Shown here piece after piece: positions 1 through 10,903 of a DNA stretch of 64,000 bases (its first letter is position 1; every line of letters starts with the position of its first letter). The stretch is taken from contig NIVC01000648.1 in assembly GCA_002269645.1 (NCBI GenBank), positions 1 to 64,000 on the forward strand, written 5' to 3'. The notes under the pieces are model-generated. The model did not search any database. It had not been told where the DNA came from and saw only the letters and a program-made list of their open reading frames with translations. Made by a program: the position numbers and the translations under genes. The DNA comes from Macrostomum lignano (lineage: Eukaryota).

Positions 1-32
1 CTGATACTGGCATGTAAAAAAGCACGTCTACT

Positions 33-290
33 GGCAAAGTCCGGGATATCCCAATCCCGAGGATCCCGGGATTGGCAAAGTCCGGGATATCCCGATCCCG
101 AGAATCCCCGGATTGGCAAAGTCCGGGATATCCGATCCCGAGAATCCCCGGATTGGCAAAGTCCGGGATATCCCGATCCCGAGAATCCCCGGATTGGCAA
201 AGTCCGGGATATCCCGATCCCGAGAATCCCGGGATTGGCAAAGTCCGGGATATCCCGATCCCGAGAATCCCGGGATTGGCAAAACTCGAG
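33..290. repeat. ~41-bp tandem repeat, about 6 copies
   Basis: Unit GGATTGGCAAAGTCCGGGATATCCCGATCCCGAGAATCCCC; GATTGGCAAA recurs at 70, 111, 151, 192, 233 and 274. Confidence 0.95.
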
Positions 291-574
291 ATTTTGTATT
301 CCCTACCTACCACCCGCTCGCCTGCTTCGGCATTTGGCGGCTGTGAATTCGTTGCTCTGCATCGGAATTTGATGAGCAGCTGAACTGGACTGCTCACAGA
401 CTGACTCTGGCTATAAATCCAAAAATTCTTTCCTTTATAATCTGCATCTCCATTTAAAGGATCGACTGTTATTAAATATAAACACTGGACAGTGGCAAAT
501 ATGTCTGCAGTCCCAGTTATCCGAGTATTCCAATTCAATTAATTTAGTCGTATTTCATTCTCATTCCTGCTCTC

Positions 575-1160
575 CCAGTCTCACCCTGCTCTACCAGTCT
601 CACTCCTGCTCTCCAGTCTCACTCCTGCTCTCCCAGTCTCACTCCTGCTCTCCCAGTCTCACCCCTGCTCTCACAGTCTCACCCCAACTCTCCCAGTCTC
701 ACCCCCAGTCTACCAGTCTCACCCAACTCTCAGTCCCACCCCCAGTCTACCAGTCTCACCCCAACTCTCACAGTCTCACCCAACTCTCACAGTCTCATCC
801 CCAGTCTACCAGTCTCACCCCAACTCTCACAGTCTCACCCAACTCTCACAGTCTCATCCCCAGTCTACCAGTCTCACCCCAACTCTCACAGTCTCACCCC
901 CAGTCTACCAGTCTCACCCCAACTCTCAGTCTCAACCCAACTCTCACAATCTCACCCCAACTCTCACAGTCTCACCCCCAGTCTACCAGTCTCACCCCAA
1001 CTCTCAGTCTCAACCCAACTCTCACAATCTCACCCCAACTCTCACAGTCTAACCCCAACTTTCACAGTCTCACCCAACTCTCACAGTCTCACCCCACTCT
1101 ACCAGTCTCACCCGAACTCTCACAGTCTCACCCCAAACTCTCACAATCTCACCCCACTAC
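575..1160. repeat. ~20-bp C/T-rich minisatellite
   Basis: Degenerate units such as CAGTCTCACCCCAACTCTCA and CTCCCAGTCTCACTCCTGCT. Confidence 0.9.
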
Positions 1161-2213
1161 TTAAAAACAATCAGTGTATCTGGTATGGCTCAGAGAAAAA
1201 TAAAGAGGCTTCTATCTGCTATGACTCACCACGCCTTTATTCTCTACTTTACTGTATACATGTACATACAATTTCATTATGCTGTTTCTATAATGCACGA
1301 TAGAAGTAGCTAAAAGCAGAGAGAGCGCGCCGAGCCGAGTCCATGTTCTATAAAAAAAGTATCGAATGACAGGAAACAGAGTAAAGTAGAAAGCAGCGCA
1401 ATACAAGCTGAAAGGCCATGCTTGCAAGCGGTCATGGACCGCTAAAAATAAGTGAATACATGTACCAGTCCAAGATACATGCTAAGAGAAGTCCTTGTCC
1501 TGTACTTGTCTGAGAATTTGTCGAATCACATGACTAGAACTGAAAGGAAATAGTTTTGCTAACACGCTCTGTTTACTTAAATAGCAAATTTCTGAACTTC
1601 TAAACCAGCACAAGCACAGACTAATCTGTGCAAAGGGGGAACTTTCGGTGCGAGCAAACTTCTGCCTTTTTCATGCAACTGTCAGTCACTTCAGTTGGAA
1701 AGAAAGAATAGAAAAGCATCTGCCGTTCTTTAGTGAAACGTTTAGCCCAATGACTAACCGATGAAAGGGAACTAACCAAACTCTGTCCGATACTCATGTC
1801 TAAAAATAGAACCTAGGAGGATTGCCCAAGGCAAAGCAGCGGACTTCCCCTGGCCTTGCCGTGGGCTGCCCATTATTGAGTGTACAGTGTTTGGGTACAC
1901 AATGGAAAATTTGTACAATCCGATAGTCCTCCAGACAAGCCGTCTATAAAAAATTCTCTGACAGCAATACGAAAGCTTTATAACGATAATAAATCAATCA
2001 GGCCAAGAGCTTTACAGACTAACTGAAGAGTCTAAATATCGCAGTGTGCTCTCTAACATTCTTTATAGAATATCGATCGAAGGCCTCTGGTAAGCTACAA
2101 TTACAATAATCGTAAAAGCTTATAAAATATTGATTAACTATAATATTCACTGATACTAAACCCCTGTGTTATCTCAGATCTCTGCAATCAATCATCTAAG
2201 CAAGCTGCAACAG

Positions 2214-2441
2214 ATGAAGCTAAAATTTCTTTCAACAAATTCGGATGCTGTGAAGAAGCAGGAGTCAAAGCCAGCGGCTACTAAATTATCTACAAACAGT
2301 TTATCAGCAGGCAGCAACAGCAGCAGCAGAAGCAGCAGCAGCGGTCAAGTTTATCCCAGCCAAATTGCTCGCTACAGAGCCTTCCCACCTTTCCCAGTAC
2401 CCGTCATGCTCTGGTCGAGCAGAAAATCGAATCCCAGCTGA
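2214..2441 (+). CDS. Small uncharacterised protein, paralog 1 (~75 aa)
   Basis: ATG at 2214 (MKLKFLSTNS...GQVYPSQIARYRAFPPFPVPVMLW...). Acceptor ATCTCAG at 2177 and an upstream GTAAGC donor near 2090 suggest a 5' exon. Shares a motif with the ORF ending at 5154. Confidence 0.55.
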   Translation: MKLKFLSTNSDAVKKQESKPAATKLSTNSLSAGSNSSSRSSSSGQVYPSQIARYRAFPPFPVPVMLWSSRKSNPS

Positions 2442-2814
2442 AAAGAAGTGCATTGTTATTGTTCAACTTCTGTACAACTTCTGAACAATTCAATTGCTAT
2501 ACATGTAGTTCCGTTTCATAGGGTGAATTCATTTTGTGCAACAATAATTGCTTTCCTATTTATTTATCAAAGCATTTTGTTAAAATGCAGCGTTTTTTGA
2601 ACCATTCGTTTCCATGGCCTTTCTGCTTTTATGCCCCTATGTACCCGGTAAACTTATTATGATGCACTCACGGGTTTTGTACAGTTAATTATTGAATTCT
2701 ATGAGCTTGAAATACAGACTCAAATGTAACTAATCACAGTTATGAGAAGTCATATTTGTGATTTTGAGCCTTAATAAATAATTTGGGTGGGGAGTGGGGA
2801 CCTGCGGCCACTAT

Positions 2815-3800
2815 TGAATGACTTGAGGAGGACTGTGACCCCGTTGAATGACTTGGGGAGGACTGTGACCCGTTGAATGACATGGGAGAACTGTGACCCC
2901 GTTGAATGACATGGGGAGAACTGTGACCCCTTTGAATGACCTGGGGAGGACTGTGACCCCGTTGAATGACATGGGGAGAACTGTGACCCCTTTGAATGAC
3001 ATGGGGAGGACTGTGACCCCTTTGAATGACATGGGGAGAACTGTGACCCCGTTGAATGACATGGGGAGAACTGTGACCCCTTTGAATGACATGGGGAGAA
3101 CTGTGACCCCGTTGAATGACATGGGGAGACTGTGACCCCGTTGAATGACATGGGGAGAACTGTGACCCCGTTGAATGACATGGGGAGAACTGTGACCCCG
3201 TTGAATGACATGGGGAGAACTGTGACCCCTTTGAATGACATGGGGAGAACTGTGACCCCGTTGAATGACATGGGGAGAACTGTGACCCCGTTGAATGACA
3301 TGGGGAGAACTGTGACCCCGTTGAATGACATGGGGAGAACTGTGACCCCGTTGAATGACATGGGGAGAACTGTGACCCCGTTGAATGACATGGGGAGGAC
3401 TGTGACCACCATTGAATGACATGGGGAGAACTGTGACCCCGTTGAATGACATGGGGAGAACTGTGACCCCGTTGAATGACATGGGGAGAACTGTGACCCC
3501 GTTGAATGACATGGGGAGAACTGTGACCCCTTTGAATGACATGGGGAGAACTGTGACCCCGTTGAATGACATGGGGAGAACTGTGACCCCGTTGAATGAC
3601 ATGGGGAGGACTGTGACCCCGTTGAATGACATGGGGAGGACTGTGACCACCATTGAATGACATGGGGAGGACTGTGACCACCATTGAATGACATGGGGAG
3701 GACTGTGACCACCATTGAATGACATGGGGAGAACTGTGACCACCATTGAATGACATGGGGAGGACTGTGACCCCTTTTGAATGACCTGGGGAGGACTGTA
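2815..3800. repeat. 30-bp minisatellite, about 32 copies
   Basis: Unit ACTGTGACCCCGTTGAATGACATGGGGAGA, with some 31-bp variants; explains the repetitive ORFs at 2740-3903. Confidence 0.97.
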
Positions 3801-4435
3801 CTGACCCCACTAATTGCCTCTGGATAATTAGGATTACCGCGATCCCTGCTAAAAAAGGGGGCCTGGGGGACTGTGACCCCCTCCTAAATGACTGTGACCT
3901 CACCTCCGCTCAACAAAGTTTTATAAAAACTGTACTGGTAAATTAAACACAATAAACGTGCTCAACAATCAGCAAAGTCGGTTTAACAATTGCGTCTTGT
4001 TGTACTTGAGATCGGCGCAATAATAAACTTGGGCCTCATTGGTCCACTTTGCTCTGATAAGAGCATAATACAAAGGAAGCATTTCAAAGTGTTCGGCAAT
4101 ATACCAGCCCTGACAGTGTTATGAATGGTGGGGGTGGGGGTTGTAGAAGCATTTGTGAAAGAATTGACTGTTTAGCACTCCATTATCAAAGCCCTACCAG
4201 TTCTGCAAGTGGCTTGTACGATTTAAAGGCCGGGGGAAGGGGGGTCTGGCACGGCCTTTCATGTACATATAAATACACATGTGGTAAGCTCAATGTTGCA
4301 AATAAATATATTGAAATTAAAACATTCTTTTCACTGCCAAGGACGCTAGAGGCAAATACCGCGGCATTCTGTACTGCGTAAAATATTCTATTATCTGATA
4401 TTTCAATATTTATGCTGCTTGTAGTTGCTTACGCA

Positions 4436-5154
4436 ATGAACTTTATGGAAAGATTGTATTGCAAAGTTGCTGGTAAGTAGTATATTTATTAATCTTATTA
4501 TTTCAATTCGAGCTTTAGTCACAACCTCAGAAAGGTCTCTTGGCTGCAGGTTATCACAACAGTCTCTTTACTTAAGTATGCAGAGTGTCACAACAGACTC
4601 CTGACTGAAGAATGCAGAGTGTCACAACAGACTCCTGACTGAAGGATACAGAGGGTCACAACAGACTCCTGACTGAAGAATGCAGAGGGTCACAACAGAC
4701 TCCTGACTGAAGGATACAGAGGGTCACAACAGACTCCTGACTGAAGGATACAGAGTGTCACAACAGACTCCTGACTGAAGAATGCAGAGGGTCACAACAG
4801 ACTCCTGACTGAAGGATATAGAGGGTCACAACAGACTCCTGAGTGAAGGATATAGAGGGTCACAACAGACTCCTGACTGAAGAATTCAAAGGGTCACAAC
4901 AGACTCCTGATCCATTTTTATCGATATCAAGCTGCATTTTTGTACATTGTTTCATATTTTCCGCAGATTTCCTCAAAAAGTTCAGACCGAAGGATTCCCA
5001 ATCGAAGACCGTCGAGCCGAGTCTCAAAACTTCAGCAGGTGGTCGAGTTTACTCGCGCCAGATCTCTTCGAAATTCGCCTTTCCACCAGCTCCCGTACCT
5101 GTCGTGTTTAATTGCGATCAGGTGTGGAATCTGCCTTGTCGCAAAGCTGACTGA
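4436..5154 (+). CDS. Small uncharacterised protein, paralog 2 (~74 aa; exons 4436-4472 and 4967-5154)
   Basis: ATG AAC...GCT G|GTAAGT (phase 1) joins TTTTCCGCAG|AT in frame: MNFMERLYCKVADFLKKFRPKDSQ...GRVYSRQISSKFAFPPAPVPVVFNCDQVWNLPCRKAD*. An in-frame ATG also lies at 4412; TATAAATA at about 4268. Confidence 0.65.
4580..4912. repeat. 34-bp intronic minisatellite, about 10 copies
   Basis: Unit GAGTGTCACAACAGACTCCTGACTGAAGAATGCA inside intron 4473-4966. Confidence 0.95.
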
Positions 5155-5989
5155 TGAGCACCAGCTGCCGGTGTGTTATTAACAACTTTTAAAGTGTTTT
5201 AAAATAAAAATGCAAATGTATTTTTAAGCATTTTTTAGGTTATCGACTATTTAGTAGCATGTGCATGCCTGCAGTACTTATAAGTAGTTCATTAATGGTA
5301 ATAAATAAAAGTCCAAATCAACATTCAACAACATTCTAAGATCATTCTAAGATCGCCTACACTGCTCACTACTTATACTTCATTGCCAAATAATTTTATT
5401 GTTTACAAGCCGCAAAGCTTATCGTTCGACAATCGCGCATCAACTTGGACCCCCGTCTCCCAACAGACTAAATAAAGCAAATACAAGAAAAGCTCCGGGA
5501 TATAACGGCCAAAGATTTTTTTCCTATCTTTTAAGAGTATTTTTTGTTGACAAATGAGCCGTCAATTTTTGTTCTTAAAAAACGGAACGTCTTAGTCTTG
5601 TCCTCGTCCTTCTAGAATCTACATCGAACTAGATCTAGCTTAATCGAATAGCATGCAACTACATGTAGGACCTGAAGTTGACAACCACGAATGTTAATTT
5701 AAAAAAAAATAACGAAAGATTTAAATTTCGAAATAGTTTATTGAACGACATGGAGATTCACTGCAAACTTCGAAGTAATCAACGGTCAAACGTACTGTAC
5801 AAATATTCCTGTGCCTACTGTCAGTAGTAAAGATAAAATACTCTAACTGTCTTAAACTACTTTCATTTTAAAAAACTACATTTTTGCAATATTTTGATCT
5901 CTTTAAACTATTTTTAGTACTGTTTTGAAAAAATGCACATTTACATTTTTTAAATTTACTGTGTTTACCACATGTTCGATTACTAATAT

Positions 5990-6400
5990 TTGACAATTAC
6001 ACAAAGTTCCCTTTTATGGAGATCTGCCAGTCAGTCCCATCTTAATTTATTGAACTATGTTGAGCAGAAGGCTGCCAGGATCATTGGTGACTCCTTCAAG
6101 TTTCCATACAGACTTAGCACTCGCAAAACTGTTGGTGGACTTGCTTTTGTCATGGACTTCTGCGGGGTCAGGGGCTCCAGTGAACTTCAGCAGCTCCACC
6201 ATCATTTGGCTACACAGTCACACTGTGGTCTCCGTTCCATCAGCAAAACAGCCCAGCACACCTTTAAGCTTCCTTTGTCTAGAACAGAGCAACAGAAGCG
6301 GTGCTTCATTCCCACTTACTGTAAATTATGAAATGCTCTACCTGCAGCATTAGCTAATCCTGGCATCAAGCCAATCTATTTTAAAGAGCCAGGTGTCTCA
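5990..6400 (+). mobile_element. Decayed 3' end of a CR1/L2/Jockey-like LINE
   Basis: Translation LNYVEQKAARII...LSTRKTVG...LPLSRTEQQKRCFIPTYCKL*NALP resembles the C-terminal 'R..SF.P...LWN.LP' region of these LINE ORF2 proteins; contains a stop. Confidence 0.6.
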
Positions 6401-6479
6401 AAGTTTTTAGGCTTCTCTTTTTCCTTTGTCTTGTTCTCCTTTCATCCCTCTCCCTTAGTCTTTCTTCACTTCCTTTCCT

Positions 6480-8820
6480 GTCGGAGACAATCGCATCGGG
6501 GCTCATCACCAGGGCGTCGAGGTACCAGAAGTCCTCGCACACCGCGATACGGTCTCCATTGGGCAGCGTGAGAATTGAGGCGGTATTCGTGCCCACGTGC
6601 AGCGCCTCCGTCTTGCGAGCGTTCACCAGTAGCCCAACACGGGCACCCTCATTGCAAGGCCTTGTGAGAGCGCGCTGGGCAGCAGCTGGATCGCGGCAGA
6701 GCAGCGCGATGTCGTCAGCATACGCGAGAGCAGGAAGCGAAACAGCAGGGGGAGCTTCGGCGTGGGACCAGCAAGTAGCTGTCATTCTCGTGGAGGGACC
6801 GCCGAAGCACGTATTCCACAACCACGAGGAATTGCAGAGGAGCCAGCGTGTCGCCCAGAAGGACGCCTGAGCTGGTGCCGAACTCTTCTGTGGGGCCGTC
6901 GCTCGACATGACAAAAGCCCTGGAGTCGCGGTAGAGGTCCATCACCGCGCTCACCAGCGCAGCAGGTACGCCATAACGAGATAGAAGCCACGCGATCGCA
7001 GGCCTGGACACCGAGTCAAACGCCTTGCGAAAGTCGACGAAGATGATTGACACGGAGCGCTGGCGGGTCTTTCAGGCCTCGATGACAGAGCGGATGGTGG
7101 CAACCTGCTCGGTGGTGGACCTGCCCGGGCGGAAGCCGCTTTGGAGGCTCAGCAGCAGCGGGCTGAGGCCGGGTTGCGCAGAATCGCGTTCAGCAGCTTC
7201 GGCGTTGTGCATTCCAGCGCGATGCCCCGCTGGTTGTCCAAGCTGGTGGAGGCGCCTTTCTTCGTGATGGAGACAATCTTGGATGTGCGCGATTGCTGAG
7301 GAGCTGAGGCGGTCTCGTTGCCTCCAAGGCTGCAGTGCTTGTTCAGCAGGCAGGTGATGATCGGGGTGAGCTCGGGCAGCTTCAGGACCCTGGGAGGGAT
7401 GGCGTCCACCCCGGCGGCGGCATCAGCTCGCATGGTCCTCAGTGCTCGGTCAACTTCGCCTGCAGTGATGGGGCCGGTGTTGAAGGCGCCTGGCTGGGCT
7501 GGAGCGAAGTCTGGGATTGGCAGAAGAGGCGCAGTTGGAGCGGCCGCGTTGAACACCTAGGTGGCCAGCAGGGCCTTGCAGTGCTCGTTGGAATCAGCGC
7601 CGACGATGGTGTTGGGCCTGGGTTACCTACCAGTCAGCTGGTTGATGGTCCTCCAAGCAGCAATATGGCGGCAGTTGTCAGTTGTGAGTTGGATTTCGCT
7701 CACAGCCTCTTCGATGAAGGCTTCAATCCGATGGGCGTATTGATGTGTTCCTTACTACCAAGTCTTTCTTAGTAATCAAGGAACAATCACTTCTAGCTCT
7801 TTAGCTAGGCAACCCAGTAATCAAATGAAGGTATTTATTACCTCGAGTACTGATCGGTTTATCTCTTCCTGAGAGTTGTTCTCGCTATTAGACCTTCGAA
7901 GTCTTGTATATCGGGCGCCTCTCGTCGGTGTCTGGTCCGGTCCTCTTTGTCCTCAATGACTTCTTGCCGGCCGGTATCTGTAGTTCGGACCAATAGGAAG
8001 CTTCGTATTAACAATGGGTACCCTGCGCCTAACTGCAGTTTAAGCCAAGCCTTCTCCTTCTAGCAGTGCCTCTATGCACTCTAGGTATAGCTCCGGTAAT
8101 CACTGATAGTCTACTAAGATCTATCAGGGTAGTCCTTCTGGAGACTACTGCCAATGGAGTCTCAATAGACTCAAGAGTCTCAACAGACTCTAACTCAACG
8201 CAAGTGAGACGTCTCAACCAACGGGCGCAAATGAGAAAGGCTTACCGCAAGAACTTGAGCGAGTTTAGCTAGGAAGTCCTCTGATGGCTTCCTCTTCGGA
8301 GCTGCTCCTCCTGGAGTCCAAAATCTGAGGCTCCGGTCCGCTCTAGACCACTTGTATTTATAGGCATACGGACCCCCACATGAGGTCAGGTGAGTTCGAC
8401 TTCTCAACTGTCAAAGGGTCACGGTTTGGTTGCTGTCAAACATGGCAGGTTAGAAAGTTACTCCATTGGTTTAGTGTAAAAGCGCAAGATTGGTTACTGC
8501 ATTTGAGTTATTTTTAGTTACATTTGATTTGTTCACATGAGTGCAGGCCGAGTGATGCATCTCACCTGGGGTTTGAGCTGACAAGCGCGGGTCACACGTG
8601 ATTGGGTGATTTCTAAAATTAGCATGCTCGAGATTTCTTCTCTCTTTCTATTGGTTGATTCAAATATATATTTATATATATATCTCCTTATTCATGCTCT
8701 TCATTTTACTACTATATAAGTAGTACATTAACAATTTTAAATAACTTTTCTGGGAGATATATTACTCTACAGTATATGCGCTGCAGCTCGTCTGTGGCAG
8801 CACTGGCCTGGGCGCTGTCA
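6480..8820 (-). mobile_element. RTE-like non-LTR retrotransposon RT region, frameshifted and interrupted by a solo LTR
   Basis: Motifs IFVDFRKAFDSVSR, SGVLLGDTLAPL, LAYADDIALL and RGIALECTTPKLLNAIL lie across several frames. The frame ATDELQRIYAHRIEAFIEEAVSEIQ runs across the LTR empty site at 7740/8776. Confidence 0.9.
7741..8771 (-). mobile_element. Solo LTR (1031 bp), probably Gypsy-type
   Basis: TG...CA termini; 4-bp direct repeat GTAT at 7737-7740 and 8772-8775; removing it restores the RTE frame. Internal TATAAATACAAG and a CGGTAAGC donor-like site on the - strand. Confidence 0.85.
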
Positions 8821-8824
8821 TGGC

Positions 8825-9230
8825 CGTGGAGTGCAGCCTGCACTGCACTGAAGTGCAGCACTGCCTGCAGCAGAAGGTACGCCTGTTCCGCGCGGCCGTC
8901 GAGCCGATCCTGCTGTACGGCATGGAGGCTGTGCCGCTTGACCGAAACGCGAGAGCGAGCCCTGGACGCGCTTTATTGATCGCTGCTGCCCTACGCACTG
9001 GGCGTGCACTACACGGATCGCCTGCCGATCCGCCCCTGAGCGCCACCCTGCGCCGGCGCCATCAGATGCTGCTGGGCCATGTCTACAGACCCAGGGTCGC
9101 GGTGCGCCCGTCCCTCTTGGCCATGCTGCACCGGCCGACCGAGAAATTGCGCCAGGCCTGCACTGCCACTCTAACGGATTGCCTCATCGCTGACTCCCTC
9201 AGGCTGCTGCTGCCTGCCCCTCCCGCCTGT
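8825..9230 (+). mobile_element. 3' part of the RTE-like ORF, in opposite orientation to the RT part
   Basis: KVRLFRAAVEPILLYGMEAVPL is the post-RT 'K.RLF.A.V...LLYG.E' motif of RTE-clade ORFs. Confidence 0.8.
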
Positions 9231-10903
9231 TCTGTGAGCCTCCCTCTGCGTCTTAATCTACAGTGTATATATACTTCCTTCCCCTTTTCCACTTCGTAGG
9301 CATGGGAAACCATTGGTGATATTGGTCTTTGACCACTCCCATGCCCATGGCGAGATATATATTTGGTATATATATCTAATATACGAATCTAATCTAATGT
9401 AATATATATAAAGTAATCTAATATATTAATAAATGAGTCGGATTTTGTAGCTTCAGCTCCCTGGCTCTCTGCTATAAGCGATCGATACATAGGAATCACG
9501 TGATCCGATCTGGATTTCTATGAATGCTACGAATTCGGGTATAAGAGAGGAAGGAGAAAGAGTTCCAGATGCCATTTGTAGAAGTCCATGCTTCAGTCCT
9601 CGCCGGCTCGCTCGGCTCTACGCTCTGCCCCCCCCCCAAACCCCGCTCTACCACAGACCCCCGTCTCGCCCATAGCAACCCTCTCCAATCTCTAACTACC
9701 CCGACGCGTACAGATGTACAGTGTGATAAAAGGAACTCTTACGGAAGTTCCTCTTTGAGTGCACTTTAGAGCACAGACGTGGTTCACTACGCAGTTATTT
9801 CGCCTTGAAGCTTGTCATTAAACAGTGGGTGGCAACAAAGTACAATTCTATTTCCATTCTTGTTTGTATAGAATGGAAGTTCCTCATTGAAAAGTACACT
9901 GTAATGTACATTCATGTATTCAAGTTCCTTCTATGCATGTACGCTTGATGCCCGTACAAACTATTTTACTGTTCCGCTTAAAAAATCGAAAAGGGGAACT
10001 TCCACTCCAAAAGAACGCAAATAGGAAATGCTACGGACTGCTGAATACAGTACTGGAAAATAGCGATTTATTCAAAATAATCACGAAAGCCGATCTTATA
10101 AGTTTTCTGCCTACTATGTCGGATTTTCGTTCAGGTGCTTGGCTTCTACACTCCGCTTTTATTCTATACAATAATAGACGAGGGGTGTCCCAGAAGTAGT
10201 GTCACTTTTGCTTGCTTCCACAAGTATTAATGCGTGTTAAAAAATCATATGCCTTAAAAGTTAACGGCTTATTTTAGCTTTCATGCCACGAAAGTCCGAT
10301 ATTTATAAGTGCTTCCTGCTGTAAGCAGCATACATTTGTTTGCATACCCTTAGCCATAGAAATACACACCGCATTGTGCTTCTATGCTCACTCAGAAGAA
10401 AGCCACAAGTACAGCTGATCAAGCACAGAGTTGCAAGACAGCAGCTGCAAGATTTGTTCCAGTCATGGATCCTAACTTTCACTCTACAGAAGGGCAGAGA
10501 CAGAGACATTCAATCGACTGCCGACTGCCGACCATAGAACTTTGGTCTGTTGTAGTCCGTTAGTCCAACGTCCCAACTATCCACAGAAAAAGTCTGAGCA
10601 TTGGGTCCAGGCTCCAGCCTCCAGCCCATTTTTGTTCCTAGCTTTGTGCGGCATTGCAGAAACCATCCGCTTTAAATCATCAGAATCCCCTAGGCAACGC
10701 GCTTCCGCACACTGTCCCGTGCTATTTTTATATGGCTGCGTACTTAGCCTGTAGTTCCTCGGTACAGAGCGTACACCACTGAATTTATAAATATATAGTT
10801 TAACTCCCTTTCCAGGAAAAATCACTTCCCTTTCTCAGCAAAGCCATTTTCAGGTTAACTGCATTAGATATTGCAGTCTCTGCTAGCTAGGCAATAGAAG
10901 GCA

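Noticed and set aside
310-447. Possible - strand exon (DYKGKNFWIYSQ...GERVV)
   Set aside because: Flanked by AG/GT and open, but no recognisable homology and no phase-compatible partner exon found.
2740-3903. Long ORFs of 311-387 aa
   Set aside because: Translations of the 30-bp minisatellite, open in several frames; no independent coding evidence.
9398-9790. Possible third solo LTR (TGTAAT...ACTAC)
   Set aside because: No CA terminus and no matching TSD.
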